Below are positions 9,919 through 18,569 of a DNA stretch of 63,375 bases, piece after piece. Every line of letters starts with the position of its first letter. Within the stretch, counting starts at the first letter, position 1. The DNA lies in NCBI GenBank assembly GCA_964607285.1, contig CAZSJW010000008.1, forward strand, positions 1 to 63,375. The letters are read 5' to 3'. A program made the translations under genes and the position numbers. This DNA comes from an uncultured Pseudomonadales bacterium. GTDB taxonomy: Bacteria; Patescibacteriota; Microgenomatia; UBA1400; PJMF01. The notes below the pieces were generated by a model. It searched no databases. It was not told the DNA's origin and was given only the letters and a program-made list of their open reading frames with translations.

Positions 9919-11370
9919 TTACATCCCTATGCTCTCCATCGCGGCATCAACAACATTCCTATGAAAACCAGAGAAGGGGATAGAGATAACTTGAATAACT
10001 AGTGCTGCCAAAATAAGCCGAGCATTACCCTCAGCTGGTTCGCGCAAATCATTTTTACGCTGGTTTTGAAACGCAGAAATTGCATCTGCCAACCAGATGT
10101 CACGTAGAATTCCATTATGTGCACTGAGGGTAGCTCCCAGTGTCTCAGCATACGACTGCATCAGGGTGCTAATGCGCGCACGACGTTCACCAAAATTTGG
10201 ATAGCCTGCATATCCTAAAGACGGTTGCGCAGCAGAGAAGTGTGAGCGTTTACTCTGTATTGACTGTTCACTAGACACTCCTAGTGTTTCACCTAATCCA
10301 GACGCAGTAAAAGCATTACCTCGCGTGTACCGATCATGCAAAAATGACCGAGTAAATGCCTCCTCATCTTCGTAAGCACCATTCCAATCTTTTTTCATAT
10401 TTCGCCGAACGATTGCAGCCAATAAAAACACTTGTATTGCATCGAAAATACCTGCATTTCGTAACCGCTCTGAAAGCGACTCAACCATGTTTCCAACCAG
10501 CTGCTCAGTGTACTCCTTTAAGCTAGCATCAGTGATTTCCTCTGTGCCTAGAGATGTCTTATAGCTAGAACGGTGATCACCAAACCTACCTGTATGTTTA
10601 TTATCCATTCTCAAAAAGGAGAGTGCACCTTTGTATTCCAGGACAGCATGGAGAAGTGAGGTAAAAAGTAGTGCCAAGGTGCGTCCATTTACTTTCTTTA
10701 CTTCCGTCAAGTAGTCCTCATAAAACTTGGGTACAAATGACTCAAGCTTAATATCATGACCTGCCCCACCTGATTCAGTGTGATCCACAGGGTAGCTTAG
10801 TGGGATTCTCGCCAATCGATCATTTTGCAGCATGCTGAACTCAGCAAGAACTTGCGAAATTACGCCGTGGTAACCACTCATCCCAGCGGGCTCTCTCCAT
10901 ACTGTTCGTGTTTTCTGTACTAGAACTGATTTGCAGTTATTATCAGAATCACACTCCATTTCAGTAGTATAGTAAGTCTCTTCCTCCTCATAAGCAGCTC
11001 TCCATGCAATGCCGAGTTGTTGCAGCTCTTGTACTATCTGTTGTTGCTTATGTGCCAGGTCTGCCATTTCAGGTAAAAATTGATTTTCAAACTGCACTTT
11101 AAACTCTGGACGCTCGTATGCAGGCTTAGGATGAATGCGATACAACGTAACTTCTTCTTCTGTGGGATGTTCATCTTTTTCTGCTTCCTGTGAGACTACA
11201 ACGCCTGCACTCAGCAACCATCGTAGCGAGCCTTTCATAGAGAGAGCACCAAACACCGCTGCCATTGTTCCTAAGCCCTTGACGAGAAAAGCACGCCTCC
11301 CTTGGTCTACTTCCCGAGGATTTTTTTCTTGCTCACTAACAATGGGATCAAAATCAAATCTACTAAACAT
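9919..11370 (-). CDS. hypothetical exported protein with Tat-like signal (full-length paralog)
   Basis: 483-aa ORF with an ATG start. It has a twin-arginine-like motif, QGRRAFLVKGLGTMAAVFGAL. It equals the 9162-9857 and 8518-9168 products joined end to end. Confidence 0.6.
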   Translation of the reverse strand: MFSRFDFDPIVSEQEKNPREVDQGRRAFLVKGLGTMAAVFGALSMKGSLRWLLSAGVVVSQEAEKDEHPTEEEVTLYRIHPKPAYERPEFKVQFENQFLPEMADLAHKQQQIVQELQQLGIAWRAAYEEEETYYTTEMECDSDNNCKSVLVQKTRTVWREPAGMSGYHGVISQVLAEFSMLQNDRLARIPLSYPVDHTESGGAGHDIKLESFVPKFYEDYLTEVKKVNGRTLALLFTSLLHAVLEYKGALSFLRMDNKHTGRFGDHRSSYKTSLGTEEITDASLKEYTEQLVGNMVESLSERLRNAGIFDAIQVFLLAAIVRRNMKKDWNGAYEDEEAFTRSFLHDRYTRGNAFTASGLGETLGVSSEQSIQSKRSHFSAAQPSLGYAGYPNFGERRARISTLMQSYAETLGATLSAHNGILRDIWLADAISAFQNQRKNDLREPAEGNARLILAALVIQVISIPFSGFHRNVVDAAMESIGM

Positions 11371-11448
11371 GCAAAAAGTATACTAAATTTCCCCAAAAAA
11401 AACATACTGAGGTAATTATTCACAAAACAGAATAACATCAAATTTCAT

Positions 11449-11478
11449 TTGATAATTACTTATTGGGTTTCTTATAAT
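11449..11478 (+). promoter_or_regulatory. candidate sigma70-type promoter (TTGATA-N18-TATAAT) upstream of the LAxTG protein/sortase operon
   Basis: TTGATA at 11449-11454 and TATAAT at 11473-11478, in an AT-rich intergenic region about 65 nt upstream of the ATG at 11543. Confidence 0.3.
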
Positions 11479-11542
11479 ATATTTTATTGTATCTATATGA
11501 TATACTATGATGCTTTTCAATTTGGATCGAAGGGTATCAATA

Positions 11543-12139
11543 ATGAAAAAAATAGTAATTTTGGCAGTCATTACACTTTTTTCTCTTGCAGCTCAGCCAA
11601 TACAAGCAGTCACGGTACCAACATTTCCAAGCTGTACCGCAACCCAGGGCAGTATCATTGCATACTACCCAAGTGGGACGCATGGCGTACCAGGTGACTC
11701 AACAACCTATACAGGATCTGATACTGTCTATGAAATTTCTGGAACACAGGTGTTGCAGTGTCTTTGCCCAGATAACGGTGAAGGTGTACAAACGCTTTGG
11801 TGGGAGTATAACGACCTTACTGAAGACGACTTAGCAATTTTACAGAACCAGGGTTGGGTATGGATTCCAAATGGTTCTGTCTGGGGCTTGCATGACGCAC
11901 CATACCTAACAAAGAACTCAAGTTTTTCGTGCGTGGCAAGAGGTGGTCAGGTTGCAGGTTCTAGTGCCTCCACAAGCAGTAGTTCTGGCGTTGGTGGTGC
12001 ATCAAGTCCACAGACGTACGGACAAGTGCTTGGAGCTCAATTAGCAGCAACTGGTACTGCCAAGTGGGGAACTGCCGCTGTTCTAGCAGGAATACTCTTC
12101 TGGATACTTGGTAAAAACAAAACTGTACAAAGCGCATGA
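11543..12139 (+). CDS. sortase-anchored surface protein with LAxTG-type sorting signal
   Basis: Start moved to the ATG at 11543, giving a clean signal peptide (MKKIVILAVITLFSLAAQPIQA). The C-terminus is LAATG, then a hydrophobic stretch (TAKWGTAAVLAGILFWILG), then a basic tail (KNK). The gene overlaps the sortase gene start by 4 nt. Confidence 0.65.
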   Translation: MKKIVILAVITLFSLAAQPIQAVTVPTFPSCTATQGSIIAYYPSGTHGVPGDSTTYTGSDTVYEISGTQVLQCLCPDNGEGVQTLWWEYNDLTEDDLAILQNQGWVWIPNGSVWGLHDAPYLTKNSSFSCVARGGQVAGSSASTSSSSGVGGASSPQTYGQVLGAQLAATGTAKWGTAAVLAGILFWILGKNKTVQSA

Positions 12140-12696
12140 CGCATAGACAAGCATGGCTAGTTAGCAGATCTTTCCGTCTTCTAGGAGCTTGTTCTATTTT
12201 AATTGGATGCTTTATTGTAAGTTTGCCATTTGTTCCAATCCTGTTGCCTATTCAACCGAAAGCAGCTAGCCCCCAAGTTGTCGAAGTATCTTCAAGTGCT
12301 ATTTCTGGATATCCTACTAGGATAATTATCCCTAAACTTGACCTTTCAGTTCCAGTATTCGCGGTTCCCTATGCAGAGGAGAGCTGGACAGTTCCTACTG
12401 GAGGAGCTGCCATTCTTACCAACCCCACAGCTGTAGGTGCACGAGGACAAGTCATATATGGCCATAATTGGCGAAGTGTGTTTGCCAGCCTCACAAAAGC
12501 CAATCCAGGTGATATCATCGCGACAGAGTATGCAAATGGACAGAGAAAACTCTACACAGTGACTGAAGTTTTCACCACTGACTCTACAGATCCATCTGCA
12601 TTAACTAGAGGCAGTGATACAAGTTTGAGTATTTATACCTGTACAGGTTGGCTTGACAGCAAGCGAATAGTTGTGGTGGCCGAACCACTAGAATAA
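12136..12696 (+). CDS. sortase (class E-like transpeptidase)
   Basis: 186-aa ORF with an N-terminal TM helix. Catalytic His context (VIYGHNW), TLxTC-type Cys motif (LSIYTCTG) and a downstream Arg (SKRIVVV). The neighbouring substrate carries LAATG, the motif type used by class E sortases. Confidence 0.75.
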   Translation: MTHRQAWLVSRSFRLLGACSILIGCFIVSLPFVPILLPIQPKAASPQVVEVSSSAISGYPTRIIIPKLDLSVPVFAVPYAEESWTVPTGGAAILTNPTAVGARGQVIYGHNWRSVFASLTKANPGDIIATEYANGQRKLYTVTEVFTTDSTDPSALTRGSDTSLSIYTCTGWLDSKRIVVVAEPLE

Positions 12697-12756
12697 ATAC
12701 AGAGGGGATGTATAAACAAAGAGGAATTACTAGCAAATCAGCCTGTATCAGAAACG

Positions 12757-13002
12757 ATGCAGCAGATCATTACGATGCGACATCACATACTTCTTGAGCA
12801 AGAACGGTTGAGAAAACCTGAAAATCTCCCTGCAAAACTTGCTCCGCTAGTAAATGAGATAGATACCATAGGTACAAAAATAGGCACAGCTCTACAGATA
12901 TTAGGCATGCCTGTAGTAGACCGCAAATTTGCTGTGGAGGTGCCTCACAGAGATAAATCAATAAAACCTATGATCTTGGAAATTCATGTTGAATCGTTAT
13001 GA
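12757..13002 (+). CDS. hypothetical small protein
   Basis: 81-aa ORF with no recognisable motif. Retained only because no better-supported gene competes for the interval. Confidence 0.3.
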   Translation: MQQIITMRHHILLEQERLRKPENLPAKLAPLVNEIDTIGTKIGTALQILGMPVVDRKFAVEVPHRDKSIKPMILEIHVESL

Positions 13003-13377
13003 GAAAAAACTCCACTGTTAACTTTGACGCTTGTACTACAACAGGGCTCGGATTGTTTTCAGTCAAGAAACTCACAAGGCTAGGAAAGTATTGTTAGCAG
13101 GAAAAAAGTGGAAGAGTCACTAACTGAGTTGCTGATACACAAACAAATATCTTCTGAGGAAGTGCTAGGATTTGCATTTGAGAACGTAAGTGAGCAACTG
13201 CTGTAAGTTCTCCGTCCTGAACTTACAGAATTTGCGATAACATTGTTGGCAAAAAGAGAGTTTTTCAACAATGAAGTCAAGAGTCTCGACTAAGACAGCT
13301 TGCTATCTCTGCACCGAAATAGCGTTTACATGATACAATACCCTCTATTGCAATTGATGCAGTAAAGAAGGAGCCCC

Positions 13378-13686
13378 ATGGGTGCATTACCAAAAAATAA
13401 AATTACTAGCGTAGAACGTGGCAAACGCCGTGCTGGCAACAGACCACAATTGAAGAAAGATAAAAACGCGACCATTCCTCTGCACAAGCAAGGTCTCGTT
13501 GCCCAAATTCTCAAGAGCGCTGGTATCCTCAAAGCAGGAAAAGATGACGACAAAGCTACAAAACGTGCTGCTACAAAAGCAGATCGCAGAGCTAACAGAG
13601 CAGTAGTCTCAGACAGTAAAACAGCCCAAAAAGCTGCATCCACTTCAGTCAAGAAGACCACCAGAACCACACAACATAAGGGCTAG
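13378..13686 (+). CDS. rpmF: ribosomal protein bL32-like with Lys/Ala-rich C-terminal extension
   Basis: The N-terminus MGALPKNKITSVERGKRRAGNRPQL resembles the bL32 signature (xVPKxKTSKxRRxxRRA). No zinc-ribbon cysteines. The remainder is a highly basic low-complexity tail. Confidence 0.45.
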   Translation: MGALPKNKITSVERGKRRAGNRPQLKKDKNATIPLHKQGLVAQILKSAGILKAGKDDDKATKRAATKADRRANRAVVSDSKTAQKAASTSVKKTTRTTQHKG

Positions 13687-13717
13687 TTCCTCTGTTGCTA
13701 GTCTGAAAGCAAAATTT

Positions 13718-14101
13718 GTGATGAACGATCGTATTGATGACCGCCACGTGCGGCGTATCCAGCTGATGCAAGCATTGTTTGCATCTACCTTCTCTGCAGA
13801 AAGTCTTGAGCTGGCATTGGCTAAACATAGCCCTGAGTCAGAACTAGGGATGATCCTCAATTCGCTGGATGAACTTGATGCAATCATCACCCAAGCAGCA
13901 CCTGAACGCCCACTAAAGGACATCAACAAAGTGGACCTTGCAATCCTACGGCTCAGTATGTTTGAATCAAAGCATAAGAAGACGCCTAAGAAAGTTCTCA
14001 TAGACGAGGCAATTGAGTTAGCAAAAGAGTTTGGTGCAGAACACTCCTCAAAATTTATAAACGGGGTACTTGCCAAGCTTCTCCTTGACCCAGTGGTCTA
14101 G
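13718..14101 (+). CDS. nusB: transcription antitermination factor NusB
   Basis: 127-aa ORF. RRIQLMQALF...DLAILRLSMFE...PKKVLIDEAIELAKEFG...SKFINGVLAKL is the classic NusB pattern. Confidence 0.8.
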   Translation: MMNDRIDDRHVRRIQLMQALFASTFSAESLELALAKHSPESELGMILNSLDELDAIITQAAPERPLKDINKVDLAILRLSMFESKHKKTPKKVLIDEAIELAKEFGAEHSSKFINGVLAKLLLDPVV

Positions 14102-14143
14102 AGCTTCTTGCATAGTAGATACATATCGTGTACAAAGGCAGCT

Positions 14144-14404
14144 ATGATACAAACAGGCATGCAAGAAACGCTTCGCGCGGTTCAAAATCTAGTAGCAGAG
14201 CTTACGGGCAACGACTTAGAAGAAGTGCACCCAGACGCTCAATTGGAAGATGAATTAAACATTTCTCTAACTGAGTTTGTGCAGATTGTGCGCAGAATCA
14301 ATCAACAGTTTGGTGTCTCTCTAAATGCAAAGGAGTTGCATGAGGAGATTGAAACAGTGATTGAACTAGCCACAGCTGTGCATGACGAGCTTGAACTAGG
14401 ATGA
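14144..14404 (+). CDS. acyl-carrier-protein-like protein
   Basis: ATG at 14144 chosen; the track uses TTG at 14108. QLEDELNISLTEFVQIVRRINQQFGV aligns with the ACP helix II region, with Ser in ISL at the position of the DSL phosphopantetheine serine. It sits directly upstream of rnc. Confidence 0.45.
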   Translation: MIQTGMQETLRAVQNLVAELTGNDLEEVHPDAQLEDELNISLTEFVQIVRRINQQFGVSLNAKELHEEIETVIELATAVHDELELG

Positions 14405-14408
14405 ACCT

Positions 14409-15080
14409 ATGTCTGATCTGAGCCTTTTGCCAATATTTAAAGATCCAGCACTACTCATAAATGCCCTTACTCACCGTAGTGCTCTCAACGAACGAGTATC
14501 AACGTCTACTGAATCAAATGAGAGACTCGAATTCCTCGGTGATGCAGTACTAGAGCTAGCCACAACTGAGTACTTGTACGCACGGTTTCCAGAAAAACCA
14601 GAGGGTGAGCTAACTGCATTTCGCAGCTCTTTAGTCAAAACCATTACGCTTTCGCAGGTTGCCGTTCGTCTAGGGTTGGGAGAGAAGCTGTACCTAAGTA
14701 AAGGTGAAGAAGCAACAGGCGGACGCAATAACACCAGTTTGCTAGCTGATACGTTTGAAGCCGTTGTTGGAGCCTTATACCTTGACCAAGGGTATGAAGC
14801 CGCTAAAACATTTTTGGCCCAGGCATTATTTGTCGAGTTCGACTCAATTCTAGAACAGAAACTGTATAAAGACTCCAAAAGTCAGTTGCAAGAAGTTGTG
14901 CAGTCTAAAGGCTTTGAGGCACCAACATACGAAGTCATTGCAGAGGATGGCCCTGATCATGACAAGCAGTTCACGGTCACGGTATCTGTAGGGGGCACGG
15001 TTCGTGGCACTGGGGTAGGGAAGAGCAAACAGTTGGCACAGCAGGAGGCAGCTTCACTGGCTTTAGCAAGTTTCACATAA
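14409..15080 (+). CDS. rnc: ribonuclease III
   Basis: 223-aa ORF with the RNase III signature ERLEFLGDAVLEL. The C-terminal dsRBD-like segment includes KSKQLAQQEAA. Confidence 0.9.
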   Translation: MSDLSLLPIFKDPALLINALTHRSALNERVSTSTESNERLEFLGDAVLELATTEYLYARFPEKPEGELTAFRSSLVKTITLSQVAVRLGLGEKLYLSKGEEATGGRNNTSLLADTFEAVVGALYLDQGYEAAKTFLAQALFVEFDSILEQKLYKDSKSQLQEVVQSKGFEAPTYEVIAEDGPDHDKQFTVTVSVGGTVRGTGVGKSKQLAQQEAASLALASFT

Positions 15081-15204
15081 GTAATCAAGTGTGGACTGCT
15101 CAAAGGCAGTATACAATTGAATCAGAATTTACCAAGTATAGAGCTGCGAAACAGGTATTTCACATACCCCAGACAACCTGTGCTAGTCTTAGAGAGACTC
15201 GCAC

Positions 15205-15233
15205 TTGAGAATCCCAGACTTATCCAGTATAAT
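15205..15233 (+). promoter_or_regulatory. candidate sigma70-type promoter (TTGAGA-N17-TATAAT) for rpsP
   Basis: TTGAGA at 15205-15210 and TATAAT at 15228-15233, about 50 nt upstream of the rpsP ATG at 15282. Confidence 0.35.
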
Positions 15234-15281
15234 CCATACTCTATCAGACCTGTATCAACCGTACTTAGATCAACACAAGCT

Positions 15282-15668
15282 ATGTTAAAAATAAAGCTCG
15301 CACGATTTGGCAAAAAAGGCCAACCACACTATCGTATTGTAGTTACTGAAGCACGCTCTAAGCGTGACGGTAAGTACTCAGCATTACTCGGACATTACGC
15401 GCCTACAATGAATCCAAAAATTCTGGACTTAAACATTGCAGAGTACCAAGCATGGCTCACTAAGGGTGCGCAACCAACTCCAACCGTTGCAAGTCTCTTT
15501 ACCCGAGTTTCTTCTGGCAATCCATTCCCAGTAAAGAAAGCACGACCATCAAAGAAATCAGTTGCAAAATCCAAATCAGCAAAAGCAGCAGCTGCAGAAG
15601 AAAAAGTAGCTCCAGCACCTGTTGAACCTGAGGCAGAGCAAGAAGCAGCAGTAGCAGTAACTGAGTAA
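15282..15668 (+). CDS. rpsP: 30S ribosomal protein S16 with Ala/Lys/Glu-rich C-terminal extension
   Basis: The internal ATG at 15282 gives the canonical bS16 N-terminus, MLKIKLARFGKKGQPHYRIVV. The 55 codons upstream in the track ORF have no S16 counterpart. Confidence 0.9.
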   Translation: MLKIKLARFGKKGQPHYRIVVTEARSKRDGKYSALLGHYAPTMNPKILDLNIAEYQAWLTKGAQPTPTVASLFTRVSSGNPFPVKKARPSKKSVAKSKSAKAAAAEEKVAPAPVEPEAEQEAAVAVTE

Positions 15669-15697
15669 TATACCTAGCGAACACAGAGGTTATCGTC

Positions 15698-15940
15698 ATG
15701 AAAAATCTTCTTGAATACATGCTTATTCACTTGGTGGACAATCCAGATTCAGTCCAAGTACAAGAAGAAGTCGAAGAAAACGGTGTTCATATTTACACAA
15801 TTTCTGTGCATCCAGATGACGTAGGTCGTGTTATCGGCAAAGGTGGATCAGTTATCCACGCTATCAGAAACATAGGAAAGATCCGCAGCATCAAAGAAGG
15901 TGTGCGAGCGATCATCAAACTCGCAGACGACAAACAATAG
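15698..15940 (+). CDS. KH-domain RNA-binding protein (YlqC/UPF0109 family)
   Basis: 80-aa ORF with the GxxG KH motif (VGRVIGKGGSVIHAIR). It occupies the conserved position downstream of rpsP. Confidence 0.8.
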   Translation: MKNLLEYMLIHLVDNPDSVQVQEEVEENGVHIYTISVHPDDVGRVIGKGGSVIHAIRNIGKIRSIKEGVRAIIKLADDKQ

Positions 15941-15956
15941 TACTGTTTGCTCAAAT

Positions 15957-16187
15957 ATGCCAGGTCATATTGAATCAAAACTTCCTGTACTTTTCACCAA
16001 AGATAGACTTCCGCCGAGAACTGCTGCAGTAGTTAAAATTGTTGCACCAGACACCCTTGAAGAAGTGCCAGGCACCAGAATGAAAACGTCAGACCTAGAA
16101 GTAGTTCTACCAATCATAACCCGAGAACTAGAGGACAGAGACCCAACACTTACGGACTACCTGCTTGTTGTCTGGGTTAGCCACTAA
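15957..16187 (+). CDS. hypothetical small protein
   Basis: ATG at 15957 avoids overlap with the KH gene. No recognisable motif. It sits where rimM is often found but does not resemble it. Confidence 0.25.
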   Translation: MPGHIESKLPVLFTKDRLPPRTAAVVKIVAPDTLEEVPGTRMKTSDLEVVLPIITRELEDRDPTLTDYLLVVWVSH

Positions 16188-16204
16188 TCACCATCATTAT
16201 TCTG

Positions 16205-17002
16205 TTAAAACTGTAGAGGATCCACCTGGAAGAGATCTTCAACCCCACCTTGTATATTGTTTTGTACAGGAATCTCTATTGCGGAGAATACGTTGAGCTC
16301 ACTGAGCACGGTTTGATCTTCAGCTGTGAGTTTGGGTAAAGGAGCTTCGACTGTTGCCTTGACTGATTGCGTAAAAAAGTACGTTCTAGTCTCGAGGGTT
16401 GCTTCCAATTGTCTGTCTGCAACCACTTCTTCAGATTCAGAATTAGCATCACCAAAACTCATAGTAAGTATGGAGGTGAAAGGTGAAACTTTCTCTACTG
16501 AAACCAAAAAGTTCGTCACTTGCTCAAAGGTTCCTGAAACCTTGATCTCCAAATCCATGTAATCCACATTTTCAGGTCCCCCAGATTTTTTTGAGGCTTT
16601 TTTGGCAACTGATGCCGCACTTGTGGCAATTTCTCCTGGGTTTATCTCGAAGTGATCAATAGATACCCCAGTAGTACTTGCCACTGAATTCAAACTCCCC
16701 AACAGTTCAATCAGCGGCTTGTACGAGGGGAGAGCTTGTTCTACGGTGGCCTTCTGAGCATACTCAGGGGCGAACTGCACGTTCTGCAGCTCTACTAACT
16801 TTGATTTCAATTTCTCTAACTTTGGTTTTTCAGCTTGCATTTGGTTGTATAAGTTCCAACTTGCATTTATCTGAGGAATAATTGCTGCGAGCAGCAACAC
16901 CAAAATAGTCAGGACTAATGCAGCAGTCGTCAGGAAGAACTGCCGAGTAGCAATAAAGACTTTCAAGTTCACTGGTTTTTTTTCTTCTTTTTTGACACTC
17001 AT
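16205..17002 (-). CDS. pilO: type IV pilus assembly protein PilO-like
   Basis: 265-aa ORF with a single TM helix, then a coiled-coil (KPKLEKLKSKLVELQ). It lies directly downstream of pilM and pilN, with 1-nt spacing. Confidence 0.5.
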   Translation of the reverse strand: MSVKKEEKKPVNLKVFIATRQFFLTTAALVLTILVLLLAAIIPQINASWNLYNQMQAEKPKLEKLKSKLVELQNVQFAPEYAQKATVEQALPSYKPLIELLGSLNSVASTTGVSIDHFEINPGEIATSAASVAKKASKKSGGPENVDYMDLEIKVSGTFEQVTNFLVSVEKVSPFTSILTMSFGDANSESEEVVADRQLEATLETRTYFFTQSVKATVEAPLPKLTAEDQTVLSELNVFSAIEIPVQNNIQGGVEDLFQVDPLQF

Positions 17003-17003
17003 C

Positions 17004-17552
17004 TTAACTCCCTACAGTCACTATCAAGGTCATAGTATAAAAACCACTCGGTGTGCGTCGTAGATTACTCCGACCCACCTTAGGATACGGCTCTCGAACA
17101 GCATCACTTTCTAACGTTGCAAATACATCATCTAGTACAAAGACATTTGGTACTTGGATGGTAAATGAAAGTATATCTTGTTCGCTTGCAGAGTAATCTA
17201 TACCACTCACAATAACATCTTCACCAAAAACATTGCTAAAAAACACAAATGCTTCCTGCTTATCTTTTCTTTTGCCAAATAACTCTGTCAAGCTGCGCAG
17301 CTTGTACGCAAAGATATTATAGTCACGCTCCACACTTTCCTGTGAAAGAATCAACTCACGGGTATTTTTCTGCTGGTCAGTCAATAGTTTGACTTGATAC
17401 ACAAAATAAAATCGTACTCCAAGCACCAGTAGAAAAACAACGAACACTCCAATAAATACGCGCAGCGCCCACTGAAAATGCTTACGATCTGCTTGCTGCT
17501 GGAATGTAAGCTTCTTCCTTCGTGCTGCAACAAAATTGATGGTCCTAGACAT
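17004..17552 (-). CDS. pilN: type IV pilus assembly protein PilN-like
   Basis: 182-aa ORF with a short cytoplasmic N-terminus (INFVAARRKK), one TM helix and a periplasmic-type domain. It abuts the pilM stop. Confidence 0.6.
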   Translation of the reverse strand: MSRTINFVAARRKKLTFQQQADRKHFQWALRVFIGVFVVFLLVLGVRFYFVYQVKLLTDQQKNTRELILSQESVERDYNIFAYKLRSLTELFGKRKDKQEAFVFFSNVFGEDVIVSGIDYSASEQDILSFTIQVPNVFVLDDVFATLESDAVREPYPKVGRSNLRRTPSGFYTMTLIVTVGS

Positions 17553-18560
17553 CTAGAGCTCCCGAGCCAGCAGACCTACACATACGGCCATAGCAGGCTG
17601 ATTAATGCTGTGTGGAATCTCACCATCAATTCCTAAGAATGGTGCAGCTACAAGTACTTCAGCGCCAAGCTCGCTGGTCACATGTTGGACCAGATCAGGA
17701 AGGAGGGCAGACCCCCCCGATATCACGACGCGCTGTATTGTCTCTTGTGAATGCTGATTTATGAAAAACTGAGCTGCCTTCCGAACTTCAGCAAGCAGTA
17801 ACTTGACTGCAGGGAGCAATGATTCCCGAACTTTACCTTGAAACTGTTTTGGGTCCAAGCCATAGGTGCGCTTGTATTGTTCAGCTTGATTTGTATCCAA
17901 GCCAATACCTTGTTCCAAGGCTCTCGTAAGCAACTGCCCACCATTCAAGTGGGTCAGAATAAACTCAGGCTCGGTGTGTCTGACCAACGCAAGCTGCATT
18001 GTAGTGTGTCCAATGTGTGCCAGCAAAGTTGTAGGATCTTCATGACTAAACTGCAACGAACGGATCACAGACAACATCTGGGTTTCGAGCAAGGTTGGCT
18101 CGATGCCCAAGTGATTAAACATATCTATATACCGCTCCACAACCTGCTTGCGAACACCTACGAGCAACACTCGCATGTTTTCTTTGTCTTTTTTATTTGG
18201 CCGATACAACACTTGGTATTCAAGTGAAAGTTCATCTGGTGGAATAGGGATATGTTGTTCCGCTTGCCAACCAATTGCTGAGGCAAGCTCTGCATCGGAT
18301 AGGGGAGGCATGCTGATAACTTTTATAGAAGCCACAGTATCAGGGAGTGAGAGACGAACGTCTTTGCGGGGCAAATCATTGTCTGAAAGAAAGGTCTCCA
18401 AGAAAAGACCAAGCTTTTCCAGACTTGTGTCATCTGTTGGCAAGGCAAGACCAGTACCGTTATACACTTCCACAGCTTTTTCCAACTGGATTTTTTTTCC
18501 TGGTTTACCAGAAACCGCTTTGACACTAAATGTACCAATATCTAGGGCAAGTGCAGACAT
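17553..18560 (-). CDS. pilM: type IV pilus assembly protein PilM (actin-like ATPase fold)
   Basis: 335-aa ORF. LALDIGTFSVKAV (phosphate-1 loop) and VISGGSALLPDL (adenosine motif) are typical of PilM/FtsA-like proteins. Confidence 0.8.
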   Translation of the reverse strand: MSALALDIGTFSVKAVSGKPGKKIQLEKAVEVYNGTGLALPTDDTSLEKLGLFLETFLSDNDLPRKDVRLSLPDTVASIKVISMPPLSDAELASAIGWQAEQHIPIPPDELSLEYQVLYRPNKKDKENMRVLLVGVRKQVVERYIDMFNHLGIEPTLLETQMLSVIRSLQFSHEDPTTLLAHIGHTTMQLALVRHTEPEFILTHLNGGQLLTRALEQGIGLDTNQAEQYKRTYGLDPKQFQGKVRESLLPAVKLLLAEVRKAAQFFINQHSQETIQRVVISGGSALLPDLVQHVTSELGAEVLVAAPFLGIDGEIPHSINQPAMAVCVGLLAREL

Positions 18561-18569
18561 AGGCAGGCC

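Noticed and set aside
13108-13293. 61-codon reading frame (GTG start) with an in-frame TAA at 13204-13206, overlapping a perfect 9-bp hairpin (CTGTAAGTT-n10-AACTTACAG, 13201-13228)
   Set aside because: It is short, has no recognisable motif and no T-tract after the hairpin to make it a terminator. It could be a decayed gene fragment upstream of rpmF, but the evidence is insufficient.
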